Source: Azolla caroliniana (lineage: Eukaryota; Plantae; Polypodiophyta). From it: a DNA stretch of 64,000 nt. Under the pieces are notes generated by a model. The model saw only the letters and a program-made list of their open reading frames with translations, had not been told where the DNA came from and made no database searches. A program made the translations under genes and the position numbers. Below are positions 13,240 through 25,849 of this stretch, piece after piece; the stretch's first letter is position 1, and the number at the start of each line of letters is the position of its first letter. The stretch is taken from the NCBI GenBank assembly GCA_043228905.1, contig JBHGNT010000095.1, positions 28,534 to 92,533 on the forward strand. The letters run 5' to 3'.

Positions 13240-14620
13240 AGGAGTGGAGATTGGATTGCAGTCTTCAAACCTGGATTGTTGCTTCTCGATGTAATTTCGT
13301 TGACTGAAGAAAATGCCCCCATCAACGGTAATGAATTGAATGCTGAGGTACTAACCAAGGTCTGTAAGTTCAAATGTCTTACTAAGATGAGCCTTGAAAT
13401 CTGCAATTTCTTGCTCATTAGATCCTGTGATTAGCAAATCATCAACATGAAGCACAACAAATAGTAATTTTTCTCCATCCTTTTGGACAATGGGAGTGCT
13501 TTCAGTTGGCCTGTTCACAAAACCTAGTTGAAGAAGATGATCATAGATCTTTGCATTCCACGCTTGAGGTGCTTGCTTCAAGCCATATAAAGCTTTTTAA
13601 GTATCTTGCAAACTTTAGTGTCTGCACTTGTAATGAGAAGATCGGGAGGTTGAGTTACATAAACCTTTTCTTCTAAGACTCCATTTAAGAAGGCAGTTTT
13701 AATGTCCAATTGGTGAATGTTCCATCTTTTATTTGCGGCCGTAGTAAATGTAGCTCTGATTGTAGCTATCCTTGAAGTGGGGTCGAAGGTTTCTTCATTG
13801 TCTATCCCCTCTTTTTGAGTACAGTCTTTTGCTACAAGTCTTGCTTTAAAATAATGAAGGCTATCGTCCGTATTACGCTTGACTTTGTAAATTCAATTGG
13901 TGGCAATTGCTTTCTAGGTAGATCACATAACTCCCAAGTGTTCTTGTAGATGGGCTCAAGTTCTGATTTCATGGCATCGAACCCATGGTCATGTGTTAAT
14001 GCATCATCAAGAGACAATGGTTCCTCATCACAAATTTCAGTGATAAGAGCATGTTGCACATAATGCAGTTCAGTTTGCTGCTTGGCTGACCGAGCTCTAC
14101 CTAGAAGAGGAAATGTGAGTTTCCTGATCATAAGGGTATTAATCAGCCATTTAGGGACAGTTTTTGCTTGCTTAGAAGAGGCTTGTTCTTCCCCCAATTC
14201 TGTGTAAACATCATGTTGATTAATGACCTGTAAATCAGCATTATTATCAGCATCAGCAATGTTTGGGTGCTCAGGTTCAACAACGTCGGGCTATTGCAAG
14301 GGATAAATTTGAGCATTGTTTGATTGCTCTACATGTCTGTTTGGGGCATGCTGTTGCTGGTGCAAAACCTCACATTACCTCCATGAGGTTCGGTTACTTG
14401 ATCACCTTCAAACACAGCCCAATGTTCTTTATGCCAGGGACATAGATAACATTGTTCAAGGTGAACATCCCCATTGACGGCTGTAATATGAACTTGACCT
14501 ATGCCTTTGATGACGTAAGAAGCATTATTGGCACAAGTAATTGTGCCTACCTTATGACGATCATCTTCAAATGTGACAAAGAAATTTGAAGAAGAGGCTG
14601 ACGAAAGCACCAGAGTGCGA
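13240..14620 (-). mobile_element. Old copia RT/protease fragments
   Basis: KQAPQAWN..VVLHVDDLLITG..FELTDLG; EEPLSLDDAL..NTWELCDLP; IKGIGQVHI. Confidence 0.8.
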
Positions 14621-14742
14621 AAAGAGAACCAAAAGGCTTGGGAGAGTTTGAAGGGTGTTGTTCAGGATGTCACAGTGACATCAAACTCGAAGGAGGAGAT
14701 GGTATGAAGAATGAAGGGTGGACAACTCTAGCATGAGAGTGT

Positions 14743-17700
14743 TGTTAGGTGTAAAGGCCCGTAGTTCACAAATTAGGTAATTATTCGTATATGTGAACAC
14801 ATTGTTCACCTGGATAGGACACCTCCTTTTATAATGTGAACACACCACTTTCTTTGTAAGGTTAACTAATATAATAACCTTTTTTTTCTTGTGTACCAAT
14901 CAAGGCGGTTGGGTACACCAAAGATTTGCGTGTCTCTACTCTCATCTCTACTACAGTCCTGTTTGCTGAACGTCATCTCTCAATAGCTGATCTGTCAAAC
15001 ATCCCTCTTTACCTTTAACTGGTATCAGAGCCAAATCTCTTTCCTCTGCTTTGCTGTTTTTCTTTAGATTCAGAATCAGCAGAAAACACAGATTTAAAAA
15101 AAAATAAAATAAAAAAAAAATCTATCAGACCCTTTCCTATTGGTATTCTGCTCAATTTCTGAAGGCATCTGTCATAAATCTTGGGAGCAATGGCCTCCAC
15201 TTCAGCTGAAGTGAAAAACCTCTTTGAAATCAAGAGATTTGATGGAAAAGGTTTCGAATTGTGGAAAGAGCGTATGCTGGGCATCCTCTTTCTAAGAGAT
15301 TGTGAAGATGCTCTCGTAGAAAAGAAACCAGAGAGCATGGAAAATGATGCTTGGAACACTTTGAATAAGAAAGCCATTACATATATTAAAATGTCTGTTT
15401 TTGATGAAATTCTTGTAGATGTAAAGGGCTTGACTACTGCCCATCAAGTTTGGGAGAAACTTAAGAAAACTTACGAGAATACTACTCCTGTGAATCAGGT
15501 GCATTTGATGAGAAAACTTGTCAGTATGAGGCTTGATGAGTCGAAAGGTGCAATAGAGCATCTATCATTATTCACAGGTGCTCTCTCCCAACTACAAGAT
15601 TCAGGATTACCAGCTTTTGATGAGAAGCTCCAAGCTATCTTCCTACTTATGACTTTACCGGATTCGTGGGAAACATTAGTTGTTTCACTATCTAATAGCC
15701 CCACCTTGACCTTCGATGGTGTGCGGGGCTCTATTCTCAGTGAAGAGATTAGAAGACAATCTAGCAGAGAAGGTAGTGGTTCAGCATACAATATTAGGGG
15801 GAGATATGATAAGAGGAACCCAAATGTAGGACAAAGAAATAGAAGTAAGAGTAGAGGGAAAGGAAAACAACAAGATATCACATGCTATCATTGTGGCCGT
15901 AAAGGTCATAAGAAACCTGATTGTAGATATTGGAAGATGGAACTAGAAAGGAAGAAGAATGTAGGAGAGAAGAAAAACAAAGATGATAAGTTTAATACAA
16001 CAGAGAAAAGCTAATATGGCTTCAAATGTTATCATTGAAGACCTATCTGGTGAAGATGGTGATGTACTTTGTATTACAGGTGATGCCTTTATAGCTCATC
16101 TTCAAGACATGCAAATCACTAAAACAGATGTTATTGATGCTTTATTGTCAATCGATGATGGATTGACACAGACATGGATAGTAGACTTCGGGGCTTCTTT
16201 TCATGTTACTCCATGTTTGGAGTGCTTTACCACATTTGATGCAGGCAGTTATGGAAAAGTTTATCTTGGTAACAATAGTGCTTGCAATATTTTGATGGTA
16301 TTGGAACCATACACTTGTCTTTGGATAATGGTCAAGAGCTTGTGCTCAAAGATGTTAGGTATGTACCTGGCATTAAGAAAAGTTTGCTATCTGTAGGACA
16401 GATGGATTTGCATGGTTACACCACATTATTCAGTGGTGGATTATGGAAACTAAAGAAAGGATCTATGGTTATTGTGAAAGGTTGCAAAAAGGGCACTCTG
16501 TACTGTTTGCAATGTAAAGCTTTACCTGGAAAGTTTCTTGCTATTGCTGAATTCGACTCTCGTTTAGAGCTTTGGCATAAGAGATTAGGACATATGAGCC
16601 AAAAAGGACTTGAAGTCCTTTCTGCTTTAAAAAGATTTGATGTTAAAGGATCAAAGCTGGTTTTTTGTAATGATTGTCTATTTGGCAAACAAGTGAGAAA
16701 TTCTTATTATTGTGGTATCTCTCGTAAACCAAATGTGCTAGATTTGGTGCATTCTGATGTATGTAGCATGCCTGTAAAATCCTTGGGCGGTGCTGCATAT
16801 TTTATTTCCTTTATTGATGATTATTCTAGGAAGATTTGGGTGTACTTGATGAAAAGAAAAGGTGATGCATTTGATGCATTTAAATCTTTTCATGCATTTG
16901 TGACTACTCAATAAGGGACAAAACTGAAATGTCTCAGAACAGATAATGGGGGTGAGTTTACATCTGCAGAATTTAAGTCTTATTGTGACTTACATGGTAT
17001 TAAAAGAGAGCTTACAGCTCCATATAACCCTTCATCAAATGGGGTGGCAGAAAGGTATAATAGGACCTTGTGTGAGCGAGTATGATGCATGCTGTCCACA
17101 GCTAATCTCCCTCATGAATTTTGGGGAGAAGCATTAAAAACTGCGGTTCATATATGTAATCGTTCTCCCAACAAGTCCTTAAAAAATGGAATCCCTGAGG
17201 AGGTTTGGTCTGGCAAACCAGCCTCATATGACCATTTACGATTTTTCGGTTGTGATGCGTTTGTACACATTAGAAGTGAGCTGAGAAATAAGCTCAATGC
17301 TAAGTCCACCATGGGCATTTTTATGGGCTATGGTGATGAAGGTGAAATGGGCTATAGGATTTGGTTACCTCAGTCCAGAAAAATTGTACGCAGCCGGGAT
17401 GTTGTTTTTAATGAAGAAAAATTGCTGAAAAATGCTTGTTCCTCTGTTGGGAACTCTAAGAGCGTTACATTTCAGCAATTACAGCCATCCACAAAATCTG
17501 AAAATAAACCTCATGATGCTATACCAAAGGTTGAATATGATGATCGACCGGTTATCTTTGAGCCAAAAGAAGTTGGACAGCAAAGAGATGCTCATGAAGG
17601 TACTGGTCAACGAGATGAAGGTACTGAAGAACAAAATATAGATGTCGAACAACATGCTGGACATGGTTTGCAACAGCCAGAAAGTGCTGAAAATGATTTT

Positions 17701-19670
17701 CCTCCAGATTTAGAACCAATCCCAGAAAATACTGATCATTGGGTACGTAGGTCTAATCGTTCAAGGAGGCAGGTATATAGACATGACCCCTCTTTGCATT
17801 ATGTCATGCTGTCAGATGAGGGTGAACCTCTTACTTATAAGGAGGCAATGTCATGTGAACTTAGCAGTAAGTGGGAGCTTGCAATGCAAGAAGAAATAAA
17901 ATCTTTATATGCAAATGATACATGGGATCTTGTGTCCTTACCTCAAGGAAGGAAAGCTCTTCCAAATAAGTGGGTTTATAAGGTAAAGGAAATTGAAGGG
18001 AAACCAAAATACAAGGCAAGATTAGTTGCCAAGGTTATGCACAGAAGGAAGGTATTGACTTCCAAGAGGTCTTCTCTCCTATTGTGAAGATGACCACACT
18101 TCATGTGCTATTTGCTCTCACTGCAATGCTTAATTTGGAGTTGTACCAAATGGATGTAAAGACCGTTTTTTGCATGGTGATATTGATGAAGAGATGTACA
18201 TGAAACAACCTGAGGGTTTTGTAGTCTCTAACAAGGAGCATTTGGTATGCAAACTAAAACGTAGCTTGTATGGCACAAGCACCACGACAGTGGTATAAGA
18301 AGTTTGATACTTTTATGCTTTCTCAAGGCTTTGATCGTAGCTATGCAGATCATTGTTTACACACGAAAAAGGATATCGATGACAGTCCTATCATACTTGT
18401 TCCATATGTGGATGATATGTTGCTAGCTGGGAAAAGAAAGACTAGTCTTGATGCTCTAAAAGATCAACTGAAATTGGTCTTCTCTATGAAAGATTTGGGA
18501 AATGCAGAGCATATTTTGGGCATGAGAATCAGTAGAAACAGAAAAGACAAATTGTTGTTTTTGTCACAAGAAAAGTACATTTGAAAAAGTGCTTAACAGA
18601 TTTAATATGGCAGAAGCAAAGTCCCTTGGAGTTCCTTTGCCGTCATATCTTAAACTTAGCAAGGCTGATTGTCCAAAGGATGAGATGGAAATCAATGCTA
18701 TGAAGGGAATTCCCTATGCATCAGCATGTGGTTCTCTAATGTATGCTATGGTAGCTACTCGTCCAGATATTGCTTATGCAGTGGGAGTTGTTAGTCGCTA
18801 TATGTCTAATCCCGGGAAAGCACATTGGGAGACTGTCAAGTGTGTTTTCAGGTATCTTAAAGGTACACAGAGAAAATGTTTATGCTATGGGAAGGGTGCA
18901 TTAAATTTGCAGGGATATTGTGATGTAGACATGGCAGGTGACTTGGATACACGTAAGTCTACTAGTGGGTATATATTTACAGTTGCTGGTGGAGCAGTGT
19001 CTTGGTGCTCCAAATTGCAAAAGATTGTAGCATTGAGTACTACTGAAGCTGAATATATTTCAGCTACAGAAGCTTCAAAGGAAGCTATATGGCTCAGCAG
19101 ACTTGGTGAAGATCTTGGCATGTCTGTTGGTACTCCTGTGTTAGGATGTGATAGCCAGAGTGCTGTGTATCTGGCTAAGAATGCCATGTTTCATTCGCGC
19201 ACCAAACACATTGATGTGCGACATCACTTTATCAGACAAGTTTTGGAGGATGGTCTAGTCACATTGACCAAGATCAAAACACAGGATAATCCTGCAGATA
19301 TTCTCACTAAAAGTCTTGGCAAAGCTCAACATGAGCATTGCATACAGTTAGTGGGAGTTACTTGAATGTTCACATCAGACCTTTAAGTGGGAGGTTGTTA
19401 GGTGTAAAGGCCCGTAGTTCACAAATTAGGTAATTATTCGAATATGTGAACACATTGTTCACCTGGACAGGACACCTCCTTTTATAATGTGAACACACCA
19501 CTTTCTTTGTAAGGTTAACTAATATAATAACCTTTTTTTTCTTGTGTACCAATCAAGGCGGTTGGGTACACCAAAGATCTGCGTGTCTCTACTCTCATCT
19601 CTACTACAGTCTTGTTTGCTGAACGTCATCTCTCAATAGCTGATCTGTCAAACATCCCTCTTTACCTTTA
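14743..19670 (+). mobile_element. Full-length Ty1/copia LTR retrotransposon inside intron 2 of the PX gene
   Basis: LTRs 14743-15017 and 19396-19670 (275 bp, 4 differences counted by eye). TSD AGTGT. PBS TGGTATCAGAGCC at 15020. PPT aagtgggagg before the 3' LTR. Confidence 0.96.
15190..19365 (+). pseudogene. Copia gag-pol, disrupted by several frameshifts and stops
   Basis: CYHCGRKGHKKPDC knuckle, WIVDFGASFH protease, LVHSDVC..FIDDYSR integrase, YVDDML RT, RTKHIDVR..NPADILTK RNase H. Confidence 0.93.
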
Positions 19671-19794
19671 AGTGTACCATGAAAAAGGGTGAAGTTGGAG
19701 ACATACAACGTGGGCATTTAAGGGTCTTCTCGCACGGCATCACATCTTCCTTGGTTCAGGTCCCCCGTTGTCCCACTTGAGTAGCACACGCACA

Positions 19795-19935
19795 TGTGAG
19801 TTTGAGCTAACCTTTACTTTAGCGAGCCTTCGAGTCCGAGCTATCCTCAACTTTAGTGAGACCTCAGGTTTGAGCTAACCTCGACTCCAGCGAACCTTCA
19901 AGTCCGAGCTAACCTCAACTCCAGCGAGCCCACGA
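19795..19935. repeat. About four degenerate tandem repeats of about 34 bp
   Basis: Unit gagctaacctc.actccagcgagcc. Flanked by a direct repeat ggcatcacatc..tggtt.aggtcccc at about 19736 and 19967. Confidence 0.7.
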
Positions 19936-20376
19936 GTCCACGGGCCCAAGGAACCCACAACTTCAAGGCATCACATCCTCCCTGGTTTAGGTCCCCCATG
20001 GTCCCGCTCAAGTAGGACATGCACACGTGTTTACGTGACAATGAGACATGCGATAAATTTGTGCAATCTTTTTCAGTGCTATTGTACATGAAAAACACAT
20101 ACCACAAGCAATATTTCTCTTCCTTATTGCACTGCCTATATCTGGGCTCCCCACCAAAACTCTCCAAATAAAAACTTTAGCACGAAACGTAAGAAGAGAT
20201 CTCCATCCTAATGCTACTACTCAGTTCCACCATGTAATGGGTTTTCTAAACCCCCATTCCTAGGTAACCCTCTTTTATATCCATTCTCTATATTAGCTCA
20301 TGAAATGCCTCTTTTGTTTTAACTTTATCTAGGCTCCAGTTTTCTGGAAAATTTCAATCCACCTCCAGATTAGATT

Positions 20377-20589
20377 TAGCTATGGGCCTGGTTTCTGCTC
20401 AAATCAAGCTGAACCGTTAAGTCATGGTTAATGGTTAATTTAATGTATTTTTATTTATTTAAATTTTTTTATTAGTTTGACTTAAATGGATAGGTTTAAA
20501 TTTTTTATTAAATGGTTTGGTTTGGTTTGTTTTCCTTAAATGGCTCAGTTTGGTTTCAAGGTAAAGAAACCAAACCGGGCCCATAGCTA
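20377..20589. mobile_element. hAT-like MITE
   Basis: TIR tagctatgggcctggttt / aaaccgggcccatagcta (1 mismatch). 8-bp flanks attagatt / agtagagt match at 6 of 8. Internal ggttt motifs. Confidence 0.7.
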
Positions 20590-21986
20590 AGTAGAGTTAC
20601 GAACTTGTCCAATGAGGTATTGCAGCATTGACAGTTTTTAAATCTTCTACAGTTCTTAACTTCTAGTAATCCGTAATCTCGACCTAACTGTCCTAAAAGC
20701 CATTACCCTTCTCTGTGTGGATAGGTTGGACTGTAATCAGTTAGACAAACCCTTCCCATCTGGTGAAATTTAGTTTGGGAAGAATGTTTGTCCACCCATA
20801 ACGAATGCTCTTGAATTCCATATAACTAACTTTGCAAAGAATTTGCATGCTGTGTATGTGGCAGACACCACCGTACATATTCCAAGACCTGTCATGACGT
20901 AAACAATTTTACCATCATCTACCCCCACATTTCACTTGTCTGCAAGAGTTCATCATTATTCACCAATTGGCTACTATGTTTGTTCCCCACACTTAATCCC
21001 AGCTTGTTAAATTGATTTCAACTTTAATATGGGTGCTTTACAGTTCTTTAATGCATTTCAGATTCTTAACCGATTCATACTTAACATGGCTATTTTTATA
21101 ATGTCAAGTACATGGAAACTGGCATGATGATTTTCATTTTGAAACATGAAATTTAAATTCTCTGCAAAAACTATCATTAGCAAAAGACATTAAATTGTTG
21201 CAGAAACTTGGTTTGCCAGTTTCATTTTCAGCGAATCAGGGATCTTACTGCATGGAAAGTATAGAAGGGAATTCTTAGGATATCATTGGGAATACTATGT
21301 GCAGTCATTTTTATTGGTCGAGGGATATCATTATTTGTTGGAAAGCTTTTCTTATTTCCAAAAAAGCCCCTGAAATTATGTCAACTTGTCCGCTTCCAGA
21401 GGGTAATTTCCCCATATGTATCTTTGAAATGGTAAATGTATTTATTGGGAAAAACTCTGAAACACCCATGGGTGGGTTTTCTTTGTTTCTCAAATGCCCC
21501 CGAGTTTTCATTATTTCCCCAGTGCCCCTCCCGTGTCAACCCCGTAGAAGAGCAATTACTGGTGTTACTTGCGCAATTATAAGCATGGGTATCTCAGAGG
21601 TTTTCCCAGAAAATAATGTATAGTTTCAAAGATATTGACTAGATGCTTAGCTTGATATGCATGGAACATTGGCCTCTGCCAGTAAAATCAATAACTAGTG
21701 GAAGTGATCCTCCCCATTTGACAACTGTCGATGACTTTCGAATGGATTATTTGGCTTTCCCAATGACTGGATATGATAAATATACTTAGGCTTTGGGCAT
21801 ATATCGTGGTTGAAAATTGTGTCAATTCCTAAGTCCCTGTAATTACTCAGAGTCAACCATTACTTTTTTCCTCCATTCTATCCAAAGTGCACCATAATTA
21901 TTTTAATATTTTCAAGTAGTTTAGGTAACATTTGAAGTGACTGATGATATTTATATATTAATTGAGTTATGCATATACTTTTGCAG

Positions 21987-22212
21987 CCAATGCTGTGTGT
22001 CAGTGCTGTAAATCCCCATCTGTATTCCAGGGTGCCTATCCTCATGCATGTGAAAGAGACTCGAAGGAAAGTCAGCAGAATATTGTCGTGCATGCAGTGT
22101 CCTTCTCATACTCGAATACAGCATACAATGGGTTCAAGGAAATATCTTCTGGAGGGTGATGATTTTTTCGCCCTCCGCGATCTTGAAGATCTCTCCAAAG
22201 GTGCATTTGCAG
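21987..22212 (+). CDS. PX + Rubicon-homology protein, coding exon 3
   Basis: ttttgcag|CCA ATG CTG gives PMLCVSAVNP...DDFFALRDLEDLSKGAFA. Donor G|GTAAAT. Confidence 0.9.
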
Positions 22213-22311
22213 GTAAATGTGCTTGAATGAAATATTGTCTATCTCTCTTGTTGATCAAATTTTGAGATGTCTCAAGTGTCATTAATTTTTTGCATCGGTG
22301 ATGTTAAACAG

Positions 22312-22454
22312 TGCTTCCAGGTTTGCTGACTACTGTGTTGGAGAGTTTGAGAATGCACATAACAAAACAATGTTCCATGTGTCAAGATATGGGAGAATGG
22401 TGTGGAGCAAGAGAGCTTTGTGAAGATCCATTCAACCCCATCTTCCCTTTCCAG
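22312..22454 (+). CDS. PX + Rubicon-homology protein, coding exon 4
   Basis: aacag|TG CTT gives VLPGLL..HITKQCSMCQDMGEWCGARELCEDPFNPIFPFQ. Donor CAG|GT. Confidence 0.88.
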
Positions 22455-22756
22455 GTTTTGACATGATCTAACTTTATTTCATTTATGCTCAACTCTTGCA
22501 TCTATTATCTACGTATCGTTCTGGGTAAAATTACAAAACGATGGTTCCTATCATCAGGAACTGAGACAGTATGCTTGATCTCTCTCAAATTTATATAGAT
22601 ATTTAGTGCAAAATATCCGATGCAATCAGAGAGCATCATTCTTTCCATCCCGTTTATATCACATTATAAAATCGAAAAGCTAAGAAACAATACTTCAATT
22701 CTTTATATGAGTAAAGCAAAAGCTTTATTTATGAGGTGTTTTGTGATTTCTAACAG

Positions 22757-23086
22757 GAAGAGAATGTAAGGAGTTGCAAGGAATGCCACGCACTTTACCA
22801 TAAGGCTTGTTTTTCAAAATGCACTTCTTGCCCTTCTTGTCCAAGGGATGGTAGCAAAGAATCAACCATTGAAGGGCCACAAACAGAATTTGAGTCTAAC
22901 ATTCATAACCAAGCTGAAGTTTTGCCATTAGTAGATGATATTGTCAATAAAACATCTTCGGTTTTATCATCAATTACTAGAGGAGCTGAATTAGAAGGCC
23001 CTAGTGAGACCTCACTAAGCCAAAGCCAAAGGTATTGGCCTTCTTTTTATGGCTTGTTGCCGAAGAAGCGGTTATGGAAATCTTGA
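22757..23086 (+). CDS. PX + Rubicon-homology protein, last coding exon
   Basis: ctaacag|GAA gives EENVRSCKECHALYHKACFSKCTSCPSC, open to TGA 23084-23086. Spliced CDS is 3816 nt (1271 aa). Confidence 0.88.
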   Translation, partial: EENVRSCKECHALYHKACFSKCTSCPSCPRDGSKESTIEGPQTEFESNIHNQAEVLPLVDDIVNKTSSVLSSITRGAELEGPSETSLSQSQRYWPSFYGLLPKKRLWKS

Positions 23087-23440
23087 TATTTGTAACCACT
23101 GATTTCTGGTCTTTAATGTTCATAAAAGGCTAAAGCATTGTGTAATGAAATTCAGATAATGTATTTTATTTGTACAAAGTGCATTACGTCATTACGTTTG
23201 AATGACTGAAAGGAGCAGAAACATTAACATACTCCTTTCTTTCAGTTTCCACTGAAAATTGAGATTTCAGGACTCTTCTTCCCATACGTTTGAAGAACGA
23301 AAATATCCAATAAAAGTACTTGTAATATGTATGTAATAGAGTTACTGCACACACCACTTGTGTTGAACCCCCTTTTTCTGACAGTTCCTTAGAATCTACT
23401 TTGTGTCTTTTTCAAAGTTTTTGAAAGATTGGTCCCAACT

Positions 23441-23682
23441 GTAAGTTTTTTTTAGTTAGCAGGTTTTCGTAAGGTCTGAATAATCAGTGTTATTTAATCT
23501 AGTGATATGAAAGTATGTAAATGGTAAAGATTTTCCTTTGCAACCCCAATAGATTCAATTGTAAGTTTTTTTTAGTTAGCAGGTTTTCGTAAGGTCTGAA
23601 TAATCAGTGTTATTTAATCTAGTGATATGAAAGTATGTAAATGGTAAAGATTTTCCTTTGCAACCCCAATAGATTCAATTGT
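23441..23682. repeat. Perfect 120-bp tandem duplication downstream of the PX gene stop
   Basis: 23441-23560 is repeated at 23561-23680. Confidence 0.95.
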
Positions 23683-23973
23683 GAGCAATCGGTTTGATGT
23701 TGCATTGACTACAAAATTTATTGTTTGAGAAAATGGATACTAAATCTTTTGCTACCATGGAAAAGATGGGTTTACCAATTCACTTGCCAAAGGTGAAATT
23801 GACAGTATTGCCTTAGACCATATAATTAGATAAAGTTGATTTCAAATTTCAATATTTTCATCCATCCGCAAGATTGTGACAAATATATTGTGAAATGCAC
23901 ATAAAGAGATCAAAACAAACTTGCTTAGCTTCTTATTTCTTCCGCAATTTATAGTAGATACAAAGGTACCCAT

Positions 23974-24103
23974 TTGGGTTGGATTAGCTACATGTGTGCT
24001 AAAAAGGGTGTGCTAAAAGGGTGGGTTGGCTTAGCTACATGCGTGCTAAAAAGGGTGTGTTAAAAGGGTGGGTTGGTTTAGCTACATGTGTGCTAAAAGG
24101 GTG
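23974..24103. repeat. Short tandem repeat (ttagctacatgtgtgctaaaaagggtg...), about 3 copies
   Basis: Directly visible. Confidence 0.85.
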
Positions 24104-25724
24104 ACACAAAGGAACACATGCACACCACAACATGAAGGCATGCACTTACTCTCAAGGGACACCATAATATGTATAGTGATATTTTGTGCCATAGATGTGT
24201 TTGCATGCTTGTTTAGAAATAGACTCCAATTATAAGTACAAACCTCTTGGCAATGCTTGAACTTTATCAATCTCGATCATAATCACAATTCCAATGCCAA
24301 TCTGAATATGGATCAACTTATGCCACTTGGCTTTCTAGTTCTCTCTAGGTATCACTTGCAAAGAATTGTAATGTCAAGAGACAACACGCATTCTACTCAT
24401 TTTTCATTTTCTTATCCATTTGTATTTGTATTTATCTTAATGTCAACACATTACTCACAAGAAAAGAACAAATTTTGCTAATGTTTCATTTTTTTATTCA
24501 TTTCTTGACACACATCAAATGTTGTAACACTTGATCATTCATTAGGGGGGTTGCACACTAAAAATATGACCTCTCTTTATCGCCAATATCAAGTAGACGA
24601 TGCACGTTTTATTTCAGGGTCGTCTAGTATCAAAATAGAACCCTTATTGAGCTTTACCATCCCCATGTCATACATGTTCTTGTGGGGAGAACCCTTAAAA
24701 ATCTACTCATAACATAGAACATGTGATGCGAAAATTCACCCATACTCACAAAAATGCTTCAAATACATTTCCCGAATTCAACTCCAAGCACGAAAATAAT
24801 TGATTTATTATTAAAATTTATTATAGGCAAGAATGGAATGATTCAAATATGAAGCAAAGTGTTGTAACAATTTCTATATAAAATACTATATTGAATGTGA
24901 AGGGATAGCCCCACTATATTTTAAAGCTATTCTTTTTAGATATTTGATCAATCATCCACATATTGGAAATGTTTTGCATGTAGTTCATGGTATGATTGGA
25001 TGAAACAATTCTTATATCAAGATTCAAGATACAAAAGAATGTGTCAGCACCATTTGTAAATGCATGGCCCACCAACAACCAAATATAAGAATGGTTACAC
25101 CAACATTTGAAGTAAACCATTTTTATATAAGCACAATGCTAAATTTGCATGGTGGCTGTAATGTCTTCAATAAAGGTTTGCATTAACATATATGATTTTT
25201 TGGAAATGAGATTTGTGAACCTACCATTGAGATGTCATTGAAGGAATAAATGATTTTGGCTCATCTATGAAGATTTGGCTATTAGTTTGAAGAAATTGCG
25301 AATTGCTTTAAAGGTTTACGTTAGTGGTGGAAATTTGTTCTCCTGATCTATCAACATTATCAAAATAGTCATGTAAATTCTTCTCCTATATGCTTATTCA
25401 AAGGATGTTCTCTCACAATCTCTTTTCAAAATGTCACTCGTCAAGACACAAAGAGAAATGAAAAAGGTAAGATAATGATAAGATAGCCCCAAATTGTTGT
25501 AGCTTAGTTGGTTAGGTTACTTGATGATCAATGGCAATTAGAAGGCCATATCTTTAAGCTTTACATTCTATTGTGAATCCAAAATAATACTACACTAGCA
25601 CGAAATAATGATAAGGTGAATGGATTGTTCATATCTCTTGGTTTGATAACCTAAAAAACCCTGTAGAAATATATCTTAGAGATCATGGATTGTAAATCAA
25701 GTTGTATCCAATTACAATATTTAA

Positions 25725-25849
25725 AGGAAATTGGTAAATTCATAGTTTTTTCCGTATTTTCACAGTTTTTTTGGGGGGATGAAATGTGGCTATCATTTGT
25801 AAAAAAAACTATGAAAATACGGAAAAAACTGTGAATTTACCAATTTCCT
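25725..25849. repeat. Long inverted repeat/hairpin (arms about 48 bp, loop about 28 nt)
   Basis: aggaaattggtaaattcatagttttttccgtattttcacagttttttt pairs with aaaaaaactatgaaaatacggaaaaaactgtgaatttaccaatttcct. Confidence 0.9.

Noticed and set aside
19795-19935. CRISPR-like array
   Set aside because: Degenerate contiguous tandem units without unique spacers, in a eukaryotic context.
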